Assembly: GCA_963826115.1 (NCBI GenBank)
Contig: CAWGVS010000007.1
Coordinates: forward strand, 32,001 to 96,000
Length of the DNA: 64,000 nt
Origin: an uncultured Candidatus Rokubacteria bacterium
Lineage (GTDB): Bacteria > Methylomirabilota > Methylomirabilia > Rokubacteriales > DASRDR01
Direction: 5' to 3'
Position 1 is the stretch's first letter. Every line of letters starts with the position of its first letter. Positions 1-9,959 of this stretch are shown one piece after another. The notes under the pieces were generated by a model, which searched no databases, was not told the DNA's origin, and worked only from the letters and a program-made list of their open reading frames with translations. A program made the translations under genes and the position numbers.

Positions 1-1134
1 CGCGTCCGGGAGGCGGGCCGCCTGGATGGCGTCGCGGATGCTCGCGCGCGTGACCGGGCGGCCGGCTCGCGTCACCCGCTCCACGGCGTCGGCGACGATC
101 ATCGCGGCCGTGTAGGCCGTCAACGAATAGGCGGTGGGCTCGGCGCCGAACCGGGTCCGGTAGCGCGCGGCCCAGGCCGTGGCCACGAGACTCATCGCCG
201 GATCGGGCCCGACGTGGGGAACGTACCAGCCCTCCCCGCCGCCGGGCCGGGCCTGGATCGGAAACGCGCCGTCATATAGCGTCTCGGTCCCGAGGACGCG
301 GACGGTCGGCAGCACCTCCGGGATCCGCCGGGCCAGCTTGACGCCAGCCGCCAGCCGCACCCCTACGAAGAGTGCGTCCGGCTGAAGCCGCGCCACGTCC
401 TGCAGGTCGTCCCGGTAGTCCAGCTGAACGTAGTTGACGAGCCGCCGGTCCAGGATCGTGATCCCGAGCTGCGCGGCGCGACGCGAGAACACCTCGATCG
501 TCCGGTCGCCGAACGACGACCCGTCGCCGATCACCACGACTCGGCGGACCCCGAGGCGCTCCTGGGCAAAGCGGGCCATCGCGTCGCCCTGCGCCACGTC
601 GGTGCCGATGGAGCGGAAGTAGACGGTGCGCCCCCCCGGGCGGAAGGTCGCCCGGAGCCTCGGGTCGGTGACGTCAAAGGTCGTCGCGCTGGGCGTGATC
701 GTGGCCAGGTTCGTCCGGCTGAGGAGCGGTGCCACGACGCGGCTCTCGGGGCTGGTCTGCGGGCCAATCACCGCGACCACCAGCGGGTCCGCCAGGAGAC
801 GCTCGTAGCTCGCAACCGCAGCCCGCTGCAGCGACGACGTATCCGGCGCGTGGTCCGACGTGTCCGCCTGGAGCGTCTCGAGCGGGCGCCCTCCCACGCC
901 ACCACGCCCGTTGACGTCTTCGACCGCCAGCTGGACACCCTGTAGCATCGCGACGCCCCACGGGGCGTTGGGGCCGGCGGTCGGCAAGGCGACCCCCAGC
1001 CGGAGCGGGGCCGGCGCCGGCGAGGTCGCGCCCACGCCGCCGAGCCAGCCGAGGGCCAGCGCGACGACCGCAATCGCGCCGCTCACCCACCTCGCCGGGC
1101 CGTGTCGGGACGCCCTGCCGCGTACCACCCCCAT
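1..1134 (-). CDS. LivK/LivJ-like ABC transporter substrate-binding protein (3' end runs off the window)
   Basis: Manual translation from ATG 1134: signal-like segment, then LRLGVALPTAGPNAPWGVAMLQGVQLAVEDVNGRGGVGGRPLE...VVAVIGPQTS...YFRSIGTDVAQG, typical of the Peripla_BP_6 fold; frame open to base 1. Confidence 0.85.
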   Translation of the reverse strand, partial: MGVVRGRASRHGPARWVSGAIAVVALALGWLGGVGATSPAPAPLRLGVALPTAGPNAPWGVAMLQGVQLAVEDVNGRGGVGGRPLETLQADTSDHAPDTSSLQRAAVASYERLLADPLVVAVIGPQTSPESRVVAPLLSRTNLATITPSATTFDVTDPRLRATFRPGGRTVYFRSIGTDVAQGDAMARFAQERLGVRRVVVIGDGSSFGDRTIEVFSRRAAQLGITILDRRLVNYVQLDYRDDLQDVARLQPDALFVGVRLAAGVKLARRIPEVLPTVRVLGTETLYDGAFPIQARPGGGEGWYVPHVGPDPAMSLVATAWAARYRTRFGAEPTAYSLTAYTAAMIVADAVERVTRAGRPVTRASIRDAIQAARLPDA

Positions 1135-1380
1135 CAGTTCCCCTTGTCCCCGTAGTCGGGAGGGACCGGGTCGGGCACTCGCAGGGGGGCCGCCGGGATC
1201 ACGTGCAACGGGAGGTGCGTCAGGGCCACCTGTCCGATCGGCTCGAGGCTCTCTCGGCGCCGCTGGGACTGCTCGTCACCGCCAGCCCGGGGGCCGCGGC
1301 GACGGCGAGCGCCGCGCCATGCAGGGGCCGGCCGCCGATGGCGCCGGCGGCCCGGAAACGCGCTCACCGGACCGCCGATG

Positions 1381-2208
1381 TCAGCGCCCCGCCCGGCGAC
1401 GGAGCGCCTCCCACGCCTCCCAGGGCACGGGCGGCTGGCCCAGCGTCGCGGCCCGCACGCGCGGGCCGTGGAAGTCGGACCCACCGGTCGGCAGGAGCCC
1501 GAGCTCCCGGCTGAGGCTGAGGAACTGCGCGGTCTGCTCCGGCGAGTGCTCGGCGTAGTAGCACTCGACGCCGTCCAGAAGACCCGTCGCCGCGAGCGCG
1601 CGCACCATTCCCGCGGGGTCATCGTGAAAGCCGGGATGCGCCACGACCGCCAGGCCGCCCGCGCGCCGTATGATCTCGCACGCCTCGCGCGGCGCCACCT
1701 TCCGGTGCGCCACGTAGGCCGGCTTCCCCGCCGCGAGGAACCGGTCGAAGGCCTCGCGCACCGTGCCCACGTGTCCGCGCCGGACCATGACCTGCGCGAC
1801 GTGGGGCCGGCCCGCCGAGCCCTCCTGGACGAGCGCGAACACCTCCTCGACATCGATCGGGTGGCCGAGCGCTTCGAGGCGCTCCGCGATGCGGTGGATG
1901 CGGGCCGCGCGCTCCGCCCGAGCCTCCCGCAGAAGCGCGGCGAGCCACGGGGCCTCGTGGTCCACGAAGTATCCGAGGACGTGGATCTCGCCCCCGGGAT
2001 CGTCGGTGTTGATCTCGATGCCGGGCACGATCTCGAGCGGGGGGTGCTCTCGCGCGGCCAGGAGGGCCGGCGCCACCCCTTCGACCGAGTCGTGGTCGGT
2101 CAGGGCCAGGACCCGCACGCCCCGCCGGGCAGCCTCGCGGACCAGCTCGGCGGGCGTGTACGTGCCGTCCGACGCCACCGTGTGCGTGTGGAGGTCGACG
2201 CCGCTCAC
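1381..2208 (-). CDS. PHP-domain metal-dependent phosphoesterase (YciV/TrpH family)
   Basis: DLHTHTVASDG, LTDHDS, GIEIN, HVLGY, GRPH, AHPG and GGSDFHG motifs. Confidence 0.9.
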   Translation of the reverse strand: MSGVDLHTHTVASDGTYTPAELVREAARRGVRVLALTDHDSVEGVAPALLAAREHPPLEIVPGIEINTDDPGGEIHVLGYFVDHEAPWLAALLREARAERAARIHRIAERLEALGHPIDVEEVFALVQEGSAGRPHVAQVMVRRGHVGTVREAFDRFLAAGKPAYVAHRKVAPREACEIIRRAGGLAVVAHPGFHDDPAGMVRALAATGLLDGVECYYAEHSPEQTAQFLSLSRELGLLPTGGSDFHGPRVRAATLGQPPVPWEAWEALRRRAGR

Positions 2209-2229
2209 GGGGCCACCCGCACCTCCGCC

Positions 2230-3738
2230 TCACCCCCGCCCTGCGGCGGCCAGCACGTACTCGATGAGGGTGCGCGCGCCGAAGCCGACGCCGCCCTTCG
2301 GCGCGTAGGGAAGGTCCTTGTCCGTGAAGGCGACACCCGCGATGTCGAGGTGCACCCACGGCGTGTCGCCCGCGAACTCGCGGATGAAGAGCCCGGCCGT
2401 GATGGCCCCGCCCGGCCGGGGCCCGGTGTTGCGGAGGTCGGCCACTTCGCTCCGGAGGCCCTCCCGGTACTCGTCGATCATGGGCAGCGGCCAGAGCCGC
2501 TCCCCGGCGCGGGCGCCCGCCGCCAGCACTCGCGACTGGAGGCCCGCGTCGTTCGACATCGCGCCGGCGCAGAGGCTCCCGAGCGCGATGGAGCACGCCC
2601 CCGTCAGCGTGGCGATGTCCACGATCTCGTGCGGCCTGATCTCCTTCCGCGCGTAGGCGATCGCATCGGCCAGGGTGAGGCGCCCCTCCGCGTCCGTGTT
2701 GTTGACCTCGATCGTCTTGCCGTTCATGGCCCGCAGCACGTCGCCCGGCTTGGTGGCCGAGCCCGAGGGCATGTTGTCGGTCGCGGCGATGAGCCCGTGC
2801 ACCTCGACGGCCGGTCGTAGTCGCGGCAGGACCTTGAAGACGCCGAGGACCGCGGCGGCGCCCGACATGTCCCCCTTCATCCACGCCATGCCCTCGGCCG
2901 TCTTGAGGTCGAGGCCCCCCGAGTCGAACGTGATGCCCTTGCCGATCAGCACGACCCGGCGGCGCGCCGGGCGGCGGGGCGCGTACGTGAGATGGATGAA
3001 CCGCGGCGGCTCGACGCTCCCGCTGTTGACGCCCAGGAACGCGCCCATGCCCAGCTTCTCGCACGCGGCGCGGTCGAGCACGCGGACGCGGAGGCCGGCC
3101 TCCTTCGCGATGGTCTGCGCCATCTCGCCGAGCGCCGACGCCGTCACGCTGTTGGCCGGCTCGTTGATCAGGTCGCGGGCGAAGCACGTCGCCTCGGCGG
3201 CCAGCTCGGCCCGGCCGAGTCCCTCCCGAGCGGGCGCCCGGTCCCCCGCCGCCGCGACCAGGACGGTCAGGGCCGAGATCGCCCGGTCGCCGTTCCGCTT
3301 CTCCTTGTACCGGTCGAAGCGGTAGAGGCCGAGCAGCGCGCCCTCGCCGGTCGCGTGGGCGCGCGCCACGATCCCGAGCGCGGGCGCCCGCGTCCCGAGC
3401 ACCGGGATGGCGAGCGTGGCCGCGCCGAGGTCCCGCGCGCGGCGGGCGGCGGTCGCCGCGGCGCGCCGCAGCACCTCGGTCGTGCACTCTCCGCGCGGGC
3501 CCAGACCCACGACGATGACCCGCTTGGCCGCGAGGCGCCCCCCGGTGTGCAGGTCCGCCACCTCCGCGACCCGGCCCTCGAACCGCTGGTCGCGCAGCGC
3601 CAGGGCGAGGAGGCCGCCCAGGGCCTGATCCACGCGTCGGATCTCCGGCCCGAGCCGGTCCTCGCCGGCGTAGTATTCGAGGACGAGGGCGTCCGCGGCA
3701 GCGTCGACCGGCAGCTTCGTGGTCACGTCGAGCTTCAT
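2230..3738 (-). CDS. pepA: Leucyl aminopeptidase (M17)
   Basis: GKGITFDSGG, MKGDMSGAA and NTDAEGRL motifs; start MKLDVTT at 3738 overlaps the Nudix stop (ATGA). Confidence 0.95.
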   Translation of the reverse strand: MKLDVTTKLPVDAAADALVLEYYAGEDRLGPEIRRVDQALGGLLALALRDQRFEGRVAEVADLHTGGRLAAKRVIVVGLGPRGECTTEVLRRAAATAARRARDLGAATLAIPVLGTRAPALGIVARAHATGEGALLGLYRFDRYKEKRNGDRAISALTVLVAAAGDRAPAREGLGRAELAAEATCFARDLINEPANSVTASALGEMAQTIAKEAGLRVRVLDRAACEKLGMGAFLGVNSGSVEPPRFIHLTYAPRRPARRRVVLIGKGITFDSGGLDLKTAEGMAWMKGDMSGAAAVLGVFKVLPRLRPAVEVHGLIAATDNMPSGSATKPGDVLRAMNGKTIEVNNTDAEGRLTLADAIAYARKEIRPHEIVDIATLTGACSIALGSLCAGAMSNDAGLQSRVLAAGARAGERLWPLPMIDEYREGLRSEVADLRNTGPRPGGAITAGLFIREFAGDTPWVHLDIAGVAFTDKDLPYAPKGGVGFGARTLIEYVLAAAGRG

Positions 3739-4184
3739 TCCCGCTCCTCTCGCCGGCGCCCGGCCTCGAGCGCCAAAGCGCGGCGCACCATGGATTCGAC
3801 CCCGTCCGTCACGTCGAGCCCGGCGAGCGCGTCGGGCTCGCACCACCGGACGGCCTGCGCATCCGAGCCCGCACGGGCGCTCCCGGCCGCGGGCGTCGCC
3901 AGGTAGTCGAGCAGCACGTAGTGATACTGGACGCGTCCGTTGCCGTCCCGCACGATGCGATCCACCACCCCCACGAGCTCGTGAACGTCCACCGCCAGCC
4001 CGCACTCCTCGGCCACTTCACGCCGGACCGCGGCCTCGAGGCCCTCGCCCACGTCGACCAGCCCGCCCGGGAGGCTCCACCGCCCCAGCCCGGGCGGCCG
4101 GCCGCGCTGGACGAGGAGCACCCGGCCCCCGTCGACGACGACGGCGCCCACGCCCACCAGCGGCGCGGCCGGGTACTCGCGCAC
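3735..4184 (-). CDS. Nudix hydrolase
   Basis: Complete Nudix box GGLVDVGEGLEAAVRREVAEECGL. Confidence 0.9.
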   Translation of the reverse strand: MREYPAAPLVGVGAVVVDGGRVLLVQRGRPPGLGRWSLPGGLVDVGEGLEAAVRREVAEECGLAVDVHELVGVVDRIVRDGNGRVQYHYVLLDYLATPAAGSARAGSDAQAVRWCEPDALAGLDVTDGVESMVRRALALEAGRRREERE

Positions 4185-4203
4185 GCGCGCGCCGGCCGGT
4201 TGC

Positions 4204-5046
4204 TCAGCCGACCGCGCCGACGGCGGCGGCGCCGTCGGGCAGCTCGCCTCGCGCGGTCCAGGCCTCGGTGCCGTACTTTCCGGCGATGAGCTCGTCCACG
4301 AGCGCGGTCTCGTCCGGCGACAGGCCGCCGGGCACGAGGGACGCCCCGAGGGCCTCCGCGAAGCCTGCCGTCAGCCCGTCGACCACCGCGGCGAAGCTCG
4401 GGGTCCGTCCGAGCGCCTCGGCGAGCGTGGTCAGCGCGGTCATGGGCGCCGCCTCACGCGGGAAGACGGCGCGGAGCCGGCCGGGGTCCGCGTCGAGGAG
4501 CACCGAGCCGTGCTGGAGGAACGCGCCCCGCTGGCGCCGCTGGGCGCTGCCGGCTAGCTTCCGGCCGCCGGCCGTGATCTCGTACGCGCCCGTCCGGCGG
4601 AAGCAGAAGGCGGGCGTCCCGCTGCCCGCGCGGCCGCGGACGAGCGGGGCCAGCTCGGCCAGGACGCCCAGCCGCCCGAGGCCGGCGGCGAGGCCCTGAC
4701 CGAGGACCCGGTACGTCTCGAGGACGTCGTCCGCGCCGGGAAAGTCGCCGCCCCGCCCCACCACGCTGTAGGTGACCTCGCGCTCCGGCGGCTCGTGGAG
4801 GATCGCGCTGCCGCCGGTGGGCCGCCGCACGAGGCCGATCCCCAGCGCCGCGCACCGCTCCCGGTCCACCGTCTCGTCGAGCGGCTGCGCGTAGCCGAGG
4901 GAGACCGTGGCGGGCTGCCAGGCGTAGAACCGCACGGTGGGTGGCCCGGACGACCGGACGCGGGCGCGCAGGAGCGCCTCGTCCATGGCCATGTTCGTCG
5001 CGCCGTCCAGGGGCTCCGTGACCAGGAGGCGCCAGGTCGGGCCCAT
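4204..5046 (-). CDS. Lipoate-protein ligase family / LipM-like octanoyltransferase
   Basis: NMAMDEALL, VRRPTGGSAILH, GRKLAGSAQ and QHGS motifs; no C-terminal LplA domain; next to the gcv genes. Confidence 0.88.
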   Translation of the reverse strand: MGPTWRLLVTEPLDGATNMAMDEALLRARVRSSGPPTVRFYAWQPATVSLGYAQPLDETVDRERCAALGIGLVRRPTGGSAILHEPPEREVTYSVVGRGGDFPGADDVLETYRVLGQGLAAGLGRLGVLAELAPLVRGRAGSGTPAFCFRRTGAYEITAGGRKLAGSAQRRQRGAFLQHGSVLLDADPGRLRAVFPREAAPMTALTTLAEALGRTPSFAAVVDGLTAGFAEALGASLVPGGLSPDETALVDELIAGKYGTEAWTARGELPDGAAAVGAVG

Positions 5047-5109
5047 GACCGTCGCGTCAGGCGGCGGCAGGCCGCCCGCGAGCGCCGTCCAGTGGCCGAC
5101 CCGTTGGGC

Positions 5110-6579
5110 TCAGGAAGCGGACTTCGGCGGCGTCCAGCGGAGGTTCGGCTGGCGGGCGGCCTGGGTCTGGTCCAGCCGCTTGACCGGCATCGTCACCGGC
5201 GCCTCGTGGAGCGTGTGGGGGGTCGACGTGGCCTCGCCGGCGATCTGGATCATCGCGTCGCAGAACTGATCGAGCGTCTCCTTCGACTCGGTCTCGGTCG
5301 GCTCGATCATCATCGCCTCCTCGACGATCAGCGGGAAGTAGATCGACGGGGCGTAGAAGCCGAGGTCGAGGAGCCGCTTCGCGATGTCCGTCGCGGCCAC
5401 GCCATGCGCCTTCTGGCGCCGGGCGGAGAAGACGACCTCGTGCATCGAGGCGCCCTCGTACGGCAGGTCGTAGTGCGGCAGGAGGCGCGCGCGGATGTAG
5501 TTCGCGTTGAGGATCGCGTTCTCCGCGACGGCGCGCAGCCCGTCCGGCCCCATCGTGCGGATGTACGTGTAGGCCCGGACGTGCATCCCGAAGTTGCCCC
5601 AGAACGATTGCACCTTGCCGATGGACTTCGGGCGCTTCCAGTCCATCCGCCACTGCTCGGCGTCTCGGGTCACGACGGGCACCGGCATGAACGGCGCCAG
5701 GTGCGACTTGAACGCCACCGGGCCCGCGCCGGGTCCGCCGCCGCCGTGCGGCGTGGTGAACGTCTTGTGCAGGTTCATGTGGACCACGTCGAACCCGAGA
5801 TCGCCCGGCCGCGTGATGCCGAGGAGCGCGTTGAGGTTCGCGCCGTCCATGTACACCTGCGCGCCCTTCGCGTGACACAGGCCCGTGGCCTCGAGGATCC
5901 GGGACTCGAAGAGCCCGAGCGTGTTGGGCACGGTGATCATCAGCGCGGCGACGTCCTCGTCGAGGTGGCGCTCGAGGTCCAGGAGGTCCACCTCGCCGTT
6001 CTCGTCCGACTTGATCTGCACCGTCTGGTAGCCCGCGATCGCGGTCGAGGCGGGGTTGGTGCCGTGGGCCGAGTCGGGGACGAGGATCTTCTTCCGCGGG
6101 CTCCCCTCGCGGTCCAGGTGGTACGCGCGGATCATCAGGACGCCCGTCATCTCGCCCTGCGCGCCGGCGGCGGGCTGGAGCGAGGCGGCGTCCATCCCGA
6201 CGATCTCCGCCAGCATCTCGCCGAGCTCGCCCATGAGCTGGAGCGCGCCCTGCGACGCGTCCTCCGGCGTCAGCGGGTGGAGCCGCGCGAAGCCCGGGAG
6301 CCGGGCCATGTCCTCGTTGATCTTGGGGTTGTACTTCATCGTGCAGGAGCCGAGCGGGTAGAAGTGCGTGTCGATCCCGAAGTTCATGCGGCTGAGACGC
6401 GTGTAGTGGCGGACGGCGTCGAACTCGCTGACCTCGGGGAGGGCCGCCGGCGTGCGGCGGAGGTGGGCGGCCGGCAGGAGGCGCGCGGGATCGGCCTCGG
6501 GGACGTCCGCCTCCGGCAGCGAGTAGCCCACTCGCCCCGGTACCGACAGCTCGAAGACCAGCCCGTCGTACTCGTTCAT
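5110..6579 (-). CDS. gcvPB: Glycine dehydrogenase (decarboxylating) subunit 2
   Basis: [21 protein letters not shown] and [16 protein letters not shown] (PLP lysine). Confidence 0.97.
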   Translation of the reverse strand: MNEYDGLVFELSVPGRVGYSLPEADVPEADPARLLPAAHLRRTPAALPEVSEFDAVRHYTRLSRMNFGIDTHFYPLGSCTMKYNPKINEDMARLPGFARLHPLTPEDASQGALQLMGELGEMLAEIVGMDAASLQPAAGAQGEMTGVLMIRAYHLDREGSPRKKILVPDSAHGTNPASTAIAGYQTVQIKSDENGEVDLLDLERHLDEDVAALMITVPNTLGLFESRILEATGLCHAKGAQVYMDGANLNALLGITRPGDLGFDVVHMNLHKTFTTPHGGGGPGAGPVAFKSHLAPFMPVPVVTRDAEQWRMDWKRPKSIGKVQSFWGNFGMHVRAYTYIRTMGPDGLRAVAENAILNANYIRARLLPHYDLPYEGASMHEVVFSARRQKAHGVAATDIAKRLLDLGFYAPSIYFPLIVEEAMMIEPTETESKETLDQFCDAMIQIAGEATSTPHTLHEAPVTMPVKRLDQTQAARQPNLRWTPPKSAS

Positions 6580-6589
6580 CGTCGGTCCC

Positions 6590-7933
6590 TCACGCCACCG
6601 CCGAGGCGAGGGCCTCGGCGTAGGCGTCGATCTCGGCCCGGGTCCGGCGCTCCGTCACCGCGACGAGGATGGCGTCCTTGAGCTTCCGGTCGAACGGCCC
6701 GAGGGCGAGGCCCCCCAGGATCCGGCGGCGCCGGAGCGCGCGCAGCACCGACCCGGGATTCTTCGGCAGGCGTAGCGCGAACTCCTTGAAGAACGGCGCC
6801 GCGAACCGCGGGGTCACGCCCGCCACCTTGCCGAGCGCCTCGGCCGCGTAGTGCGCCTTGGCCGTCGAGAGCGTGGCGGCCTTTCGGAGCCCCTCCTTGC
6901 CGAGGAGCGCGGTGTGGATCGTGGCGGCGAGGGCGACCAGGGCCACGTTCGTGCAGATGTTGGAGGTGGCCTTCTCGCGGCGGATGTGCTGCTCCCGCGT
7001 CTGGAGCGTCAGGACGAACCCGCGCTTGCCGTCCTTGTCCACGGTCGCACCGACCAAGCGGCCGGGCATCCGCCGGACCAGCTCCCGCCGGCACGAGAAG
7101 AGGCCCAGGTAGGGCCCGCCGAAGTTCATGTGGTTGCCCAGCCCCTGCCCCTCGCCGACGACGATGTCCGCCCCGGCCTCGCCCGGCGGCCGGAGCACGG
7201 CGAGCGCGACCGGGTCCACGCTCACGACCAGGAGGGCGCCCTTGTCGTGAGCGATCGCGGCGGCCTGGTCGAGGTCCTCCAGGCACCCGAAGAAGTTCGG
7301 GTACTGGACCATCACGCAGGCCGTCTTGCCCGTGACCGTCTTGCGGAGGGCGTCCAGGTCGGTGACGCCGTCGGCCCACGGGACCGTCTTCACCGGCAAG
7401 CGCGGGCCTTCGCAGTACGTCTCGACGACCTGCCGGGCCAGCGGCGACAGCGCGCTCGAGACCACGATCTGGCCCCGCTCCGTCGTGCCGTGCGCCATGA
7501 GCGCGGCCTCCGCCAGCGCCGATCCGCCGTCGTAGAGAGACGCGTTGGTCACGTCCATGCCCGTGAGCTCGCAGATCATCGTCTGGTACTCGTAGATCGA
7601 GCGCAGCGTCCCCTGGCTCGCCTCGGGCTGGTAGGGCGTGTAGGCGGTGAGGAACTCGCCCCGCAGGAGCATGTGGTTGACCATGCTCGGGATGTAGTGG
7701 TCGTACGCGCCGCCCCCGAGGAAGCTCACGTAGCGGTCGGCGTCGGCGTTCTGCTCCGCGAGGCCGCGCATGTGGGCGACGAGCTCGCCCTCGGCGAGCG
7801 CGGGCGGAATCGCCAGGTCGCGGCCGAGCCGCGCCTTCGAGGGGATCCGCTCGATCAGGGCCTCGATGTCACCGACCCCGATCGTGCGCAGCATGTCGCG
7901 CCGCTGCGCCCCGGTGGTCGAGAGGTAGCGCAT
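6590..7933 (-). CDS. gcvPA: Glycine dehydrogenase (decarboxylating) subunit 1
   Basis: [16 protein letters not shown] and [20 protein letters not shown]; start MRYLST at 7933 within the 867-aa ORF. Confidence 0.96.
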   Translation of the reverse strand: MRYLSTTGAQRRDMLRTIGVGDIEALIERIPSKARLGRDLAIPPALAEGELVAHMRGLAEQNADADRYVSFLGGGAYDHYIPSMVNHMLLRGEFLTAYTPYQPEASQGTLRSIYEYQTMICELTGMDVTNASLYDGGSALAEAALMAHGTTERGQIVVSSALSPLARQVVETYCEGPRLPVKTVPWADGVTDLDALRKTVTGKTACVMVQYPNFFGCLEDLDQAAAIAHDKGALLVVSVDPVALAVLRPPGEAGADIVVGEGQGLGNHMNFGGPYLGLFSCRRELVRRMPGRLVGATVDKDGKRGFVLTLQTREQHIRREKATSNICTNVALVALAATIHTALLGKEGLRKAATLSTAKAHYAAEALGKVAGVTPRFAAPFFKEFALRLPKNPGSVLRALRRRRILGGLALGPFDRKLKDAILVAVTERRTRAEIDAYAEALASAVA

Positions 7934-7953
7934 CGTCTCGCCGTGCCGCACGC

Positions 7954-8349
7954 TCAGTGTCCCTCCGCCGTCTTGAGGAATTCCTCGTACTGCGGCGCGG
8001 TCATCAGCTTGTCCGCCTCGGCGGGATTCGAGAGCTCGACCACCACGAGCCAGCCGCCGCCGTAGGGGTCGCGGTTGACGCGCTCGGGCTGCTGCGTGAG
8101 CTCCTGGTTCACCTCGACGACCACGCCGGACAGCGGGGCGAACAGATCGGACACCGCTTTCACCGACTCGACCACGCCGAACGTCTGCATCTGGGTGATC
8201 TTGGCGCCGACCTTGGGCAGCTCGACGAACACCACGTCCCCCAGCTGGTCCTGCGCGTAGTGGGTGATCCCCACCCGCGCGCGCTTGCCTTCGACCCTGG
8301 CCCACTCGTGCTCGCGCGTGTAGCGCAGCTCGGCCGGATACGTCGCCAT
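7954..8349 (-). CDS. gcvH: Glycine cleavage system H protein
   Basis: HEW, GITHYAQDQLGDVVFV and VESVKAVSD (lipoyl lysine). Confidence 0.97.
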   Translation of the reverse strand: MATYPAELRYTREHEWARVEGKRARVGITHYAQDQLGDVVFVELPKVGAKITQMQTFGVVESVKAVSDLFAPLSGVVVEVNQELTQQPERVNRDPYGGGWLVVVELSNPAEADKLMTAPQYEEFLKTAEGH

Positions 8350-8358
8350 GGGTATCTC

Positions 8359-9471
<1,113 letters not shown>

Positions 9472-9516
9472 CGGGCGTGGTCCTCTCGGTCTCGAACCGT
9501 GGGCAAAGCGGTGGTT

Positions 9517-9545
9517 ATTATCGCCTTGCCCCTCCCGATTTTCAA
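9517..9545 (-). promoter_or_regulatory. sigma70-type promoter of the gcv operon
   Basis: Minus strand TTGAAA-N17-GATAAT about 45 nt upstream of the gcvT start. Confidence 0.65.
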
Positions 9546-9554
9546 CCGCGGCCG

Positions 9555-9959
9555 TCACGGGCCGACGTCGACGTCGATGCTCGCCGGATCGCTCTCCTCG
9601 CGCTCGTCGGTCACCAGCGTGAACGTCACCCGCCGCCGTCCGGGCGTGGCGAACCCGAGGGGCAGCGAGAGCTCGCCCTCCTCGCGGCCGAACGCCGCGG
9701 CGATCACGCTGATCTCCCGCTGGGTGGTGGCCCGGCTCGGCCCGTCCAGGTCCTCGACCTCGAGGATCACCGCGACGACGTTGCCCTGCTGGGCGCGGTA
9801 GGACAGGCGCGCGGTGACCGCGCGGCCGGCGACCGGGCGGCCGGCGACCGCCACGTTCACGATCTCGGGCCGCTCCCCCTCGGTCACCCCGGCCGCGCTC
9901 GCCGGCCAGAGCGCGACGAGACACGCCAACACCACGCCGGCCCCGAGAGGCCGGATCAC
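9555..9959 (-). CDS. Small secreted hypothetical protein, beta-rich (possibly Ig-like)
   Basis: GTG start overlapping the upstream stop (GTGA); signal peptide VIRPLGAGVVLACLVALWPASAA; alternating beta-strand pattern ending ATPGRRRVTFTLVTD...SDPASIDVDVGP. Confidence 0.7.
   Translation of the reverse strand: MIRPLGAGVVLACLVALWPASAAGVTEGERPEIVNVAVAGRPVAGRAVTARLSYRAQQGNVVAVILEVEDLDGPSRATTQREISVIAAAFGREEGELSLPLGFATPGRRRVTFTLVTDEREESDPASIDVDVGP

Noticed and set aside
1134-1853. 239-aa ORF whose stop overlaps the binding-protein start
   Set aside because: Mostly overlaps the PHP gene in another frame and is Arg-rich and low-complexity; a small real ORF in 1134-1367 cannot be fully excluded
9472-9555. 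Glycine riboswitch upstream of gcvT
   Set aside because: The predicted leader is only about 40 nt and no aptamer motifs are visible
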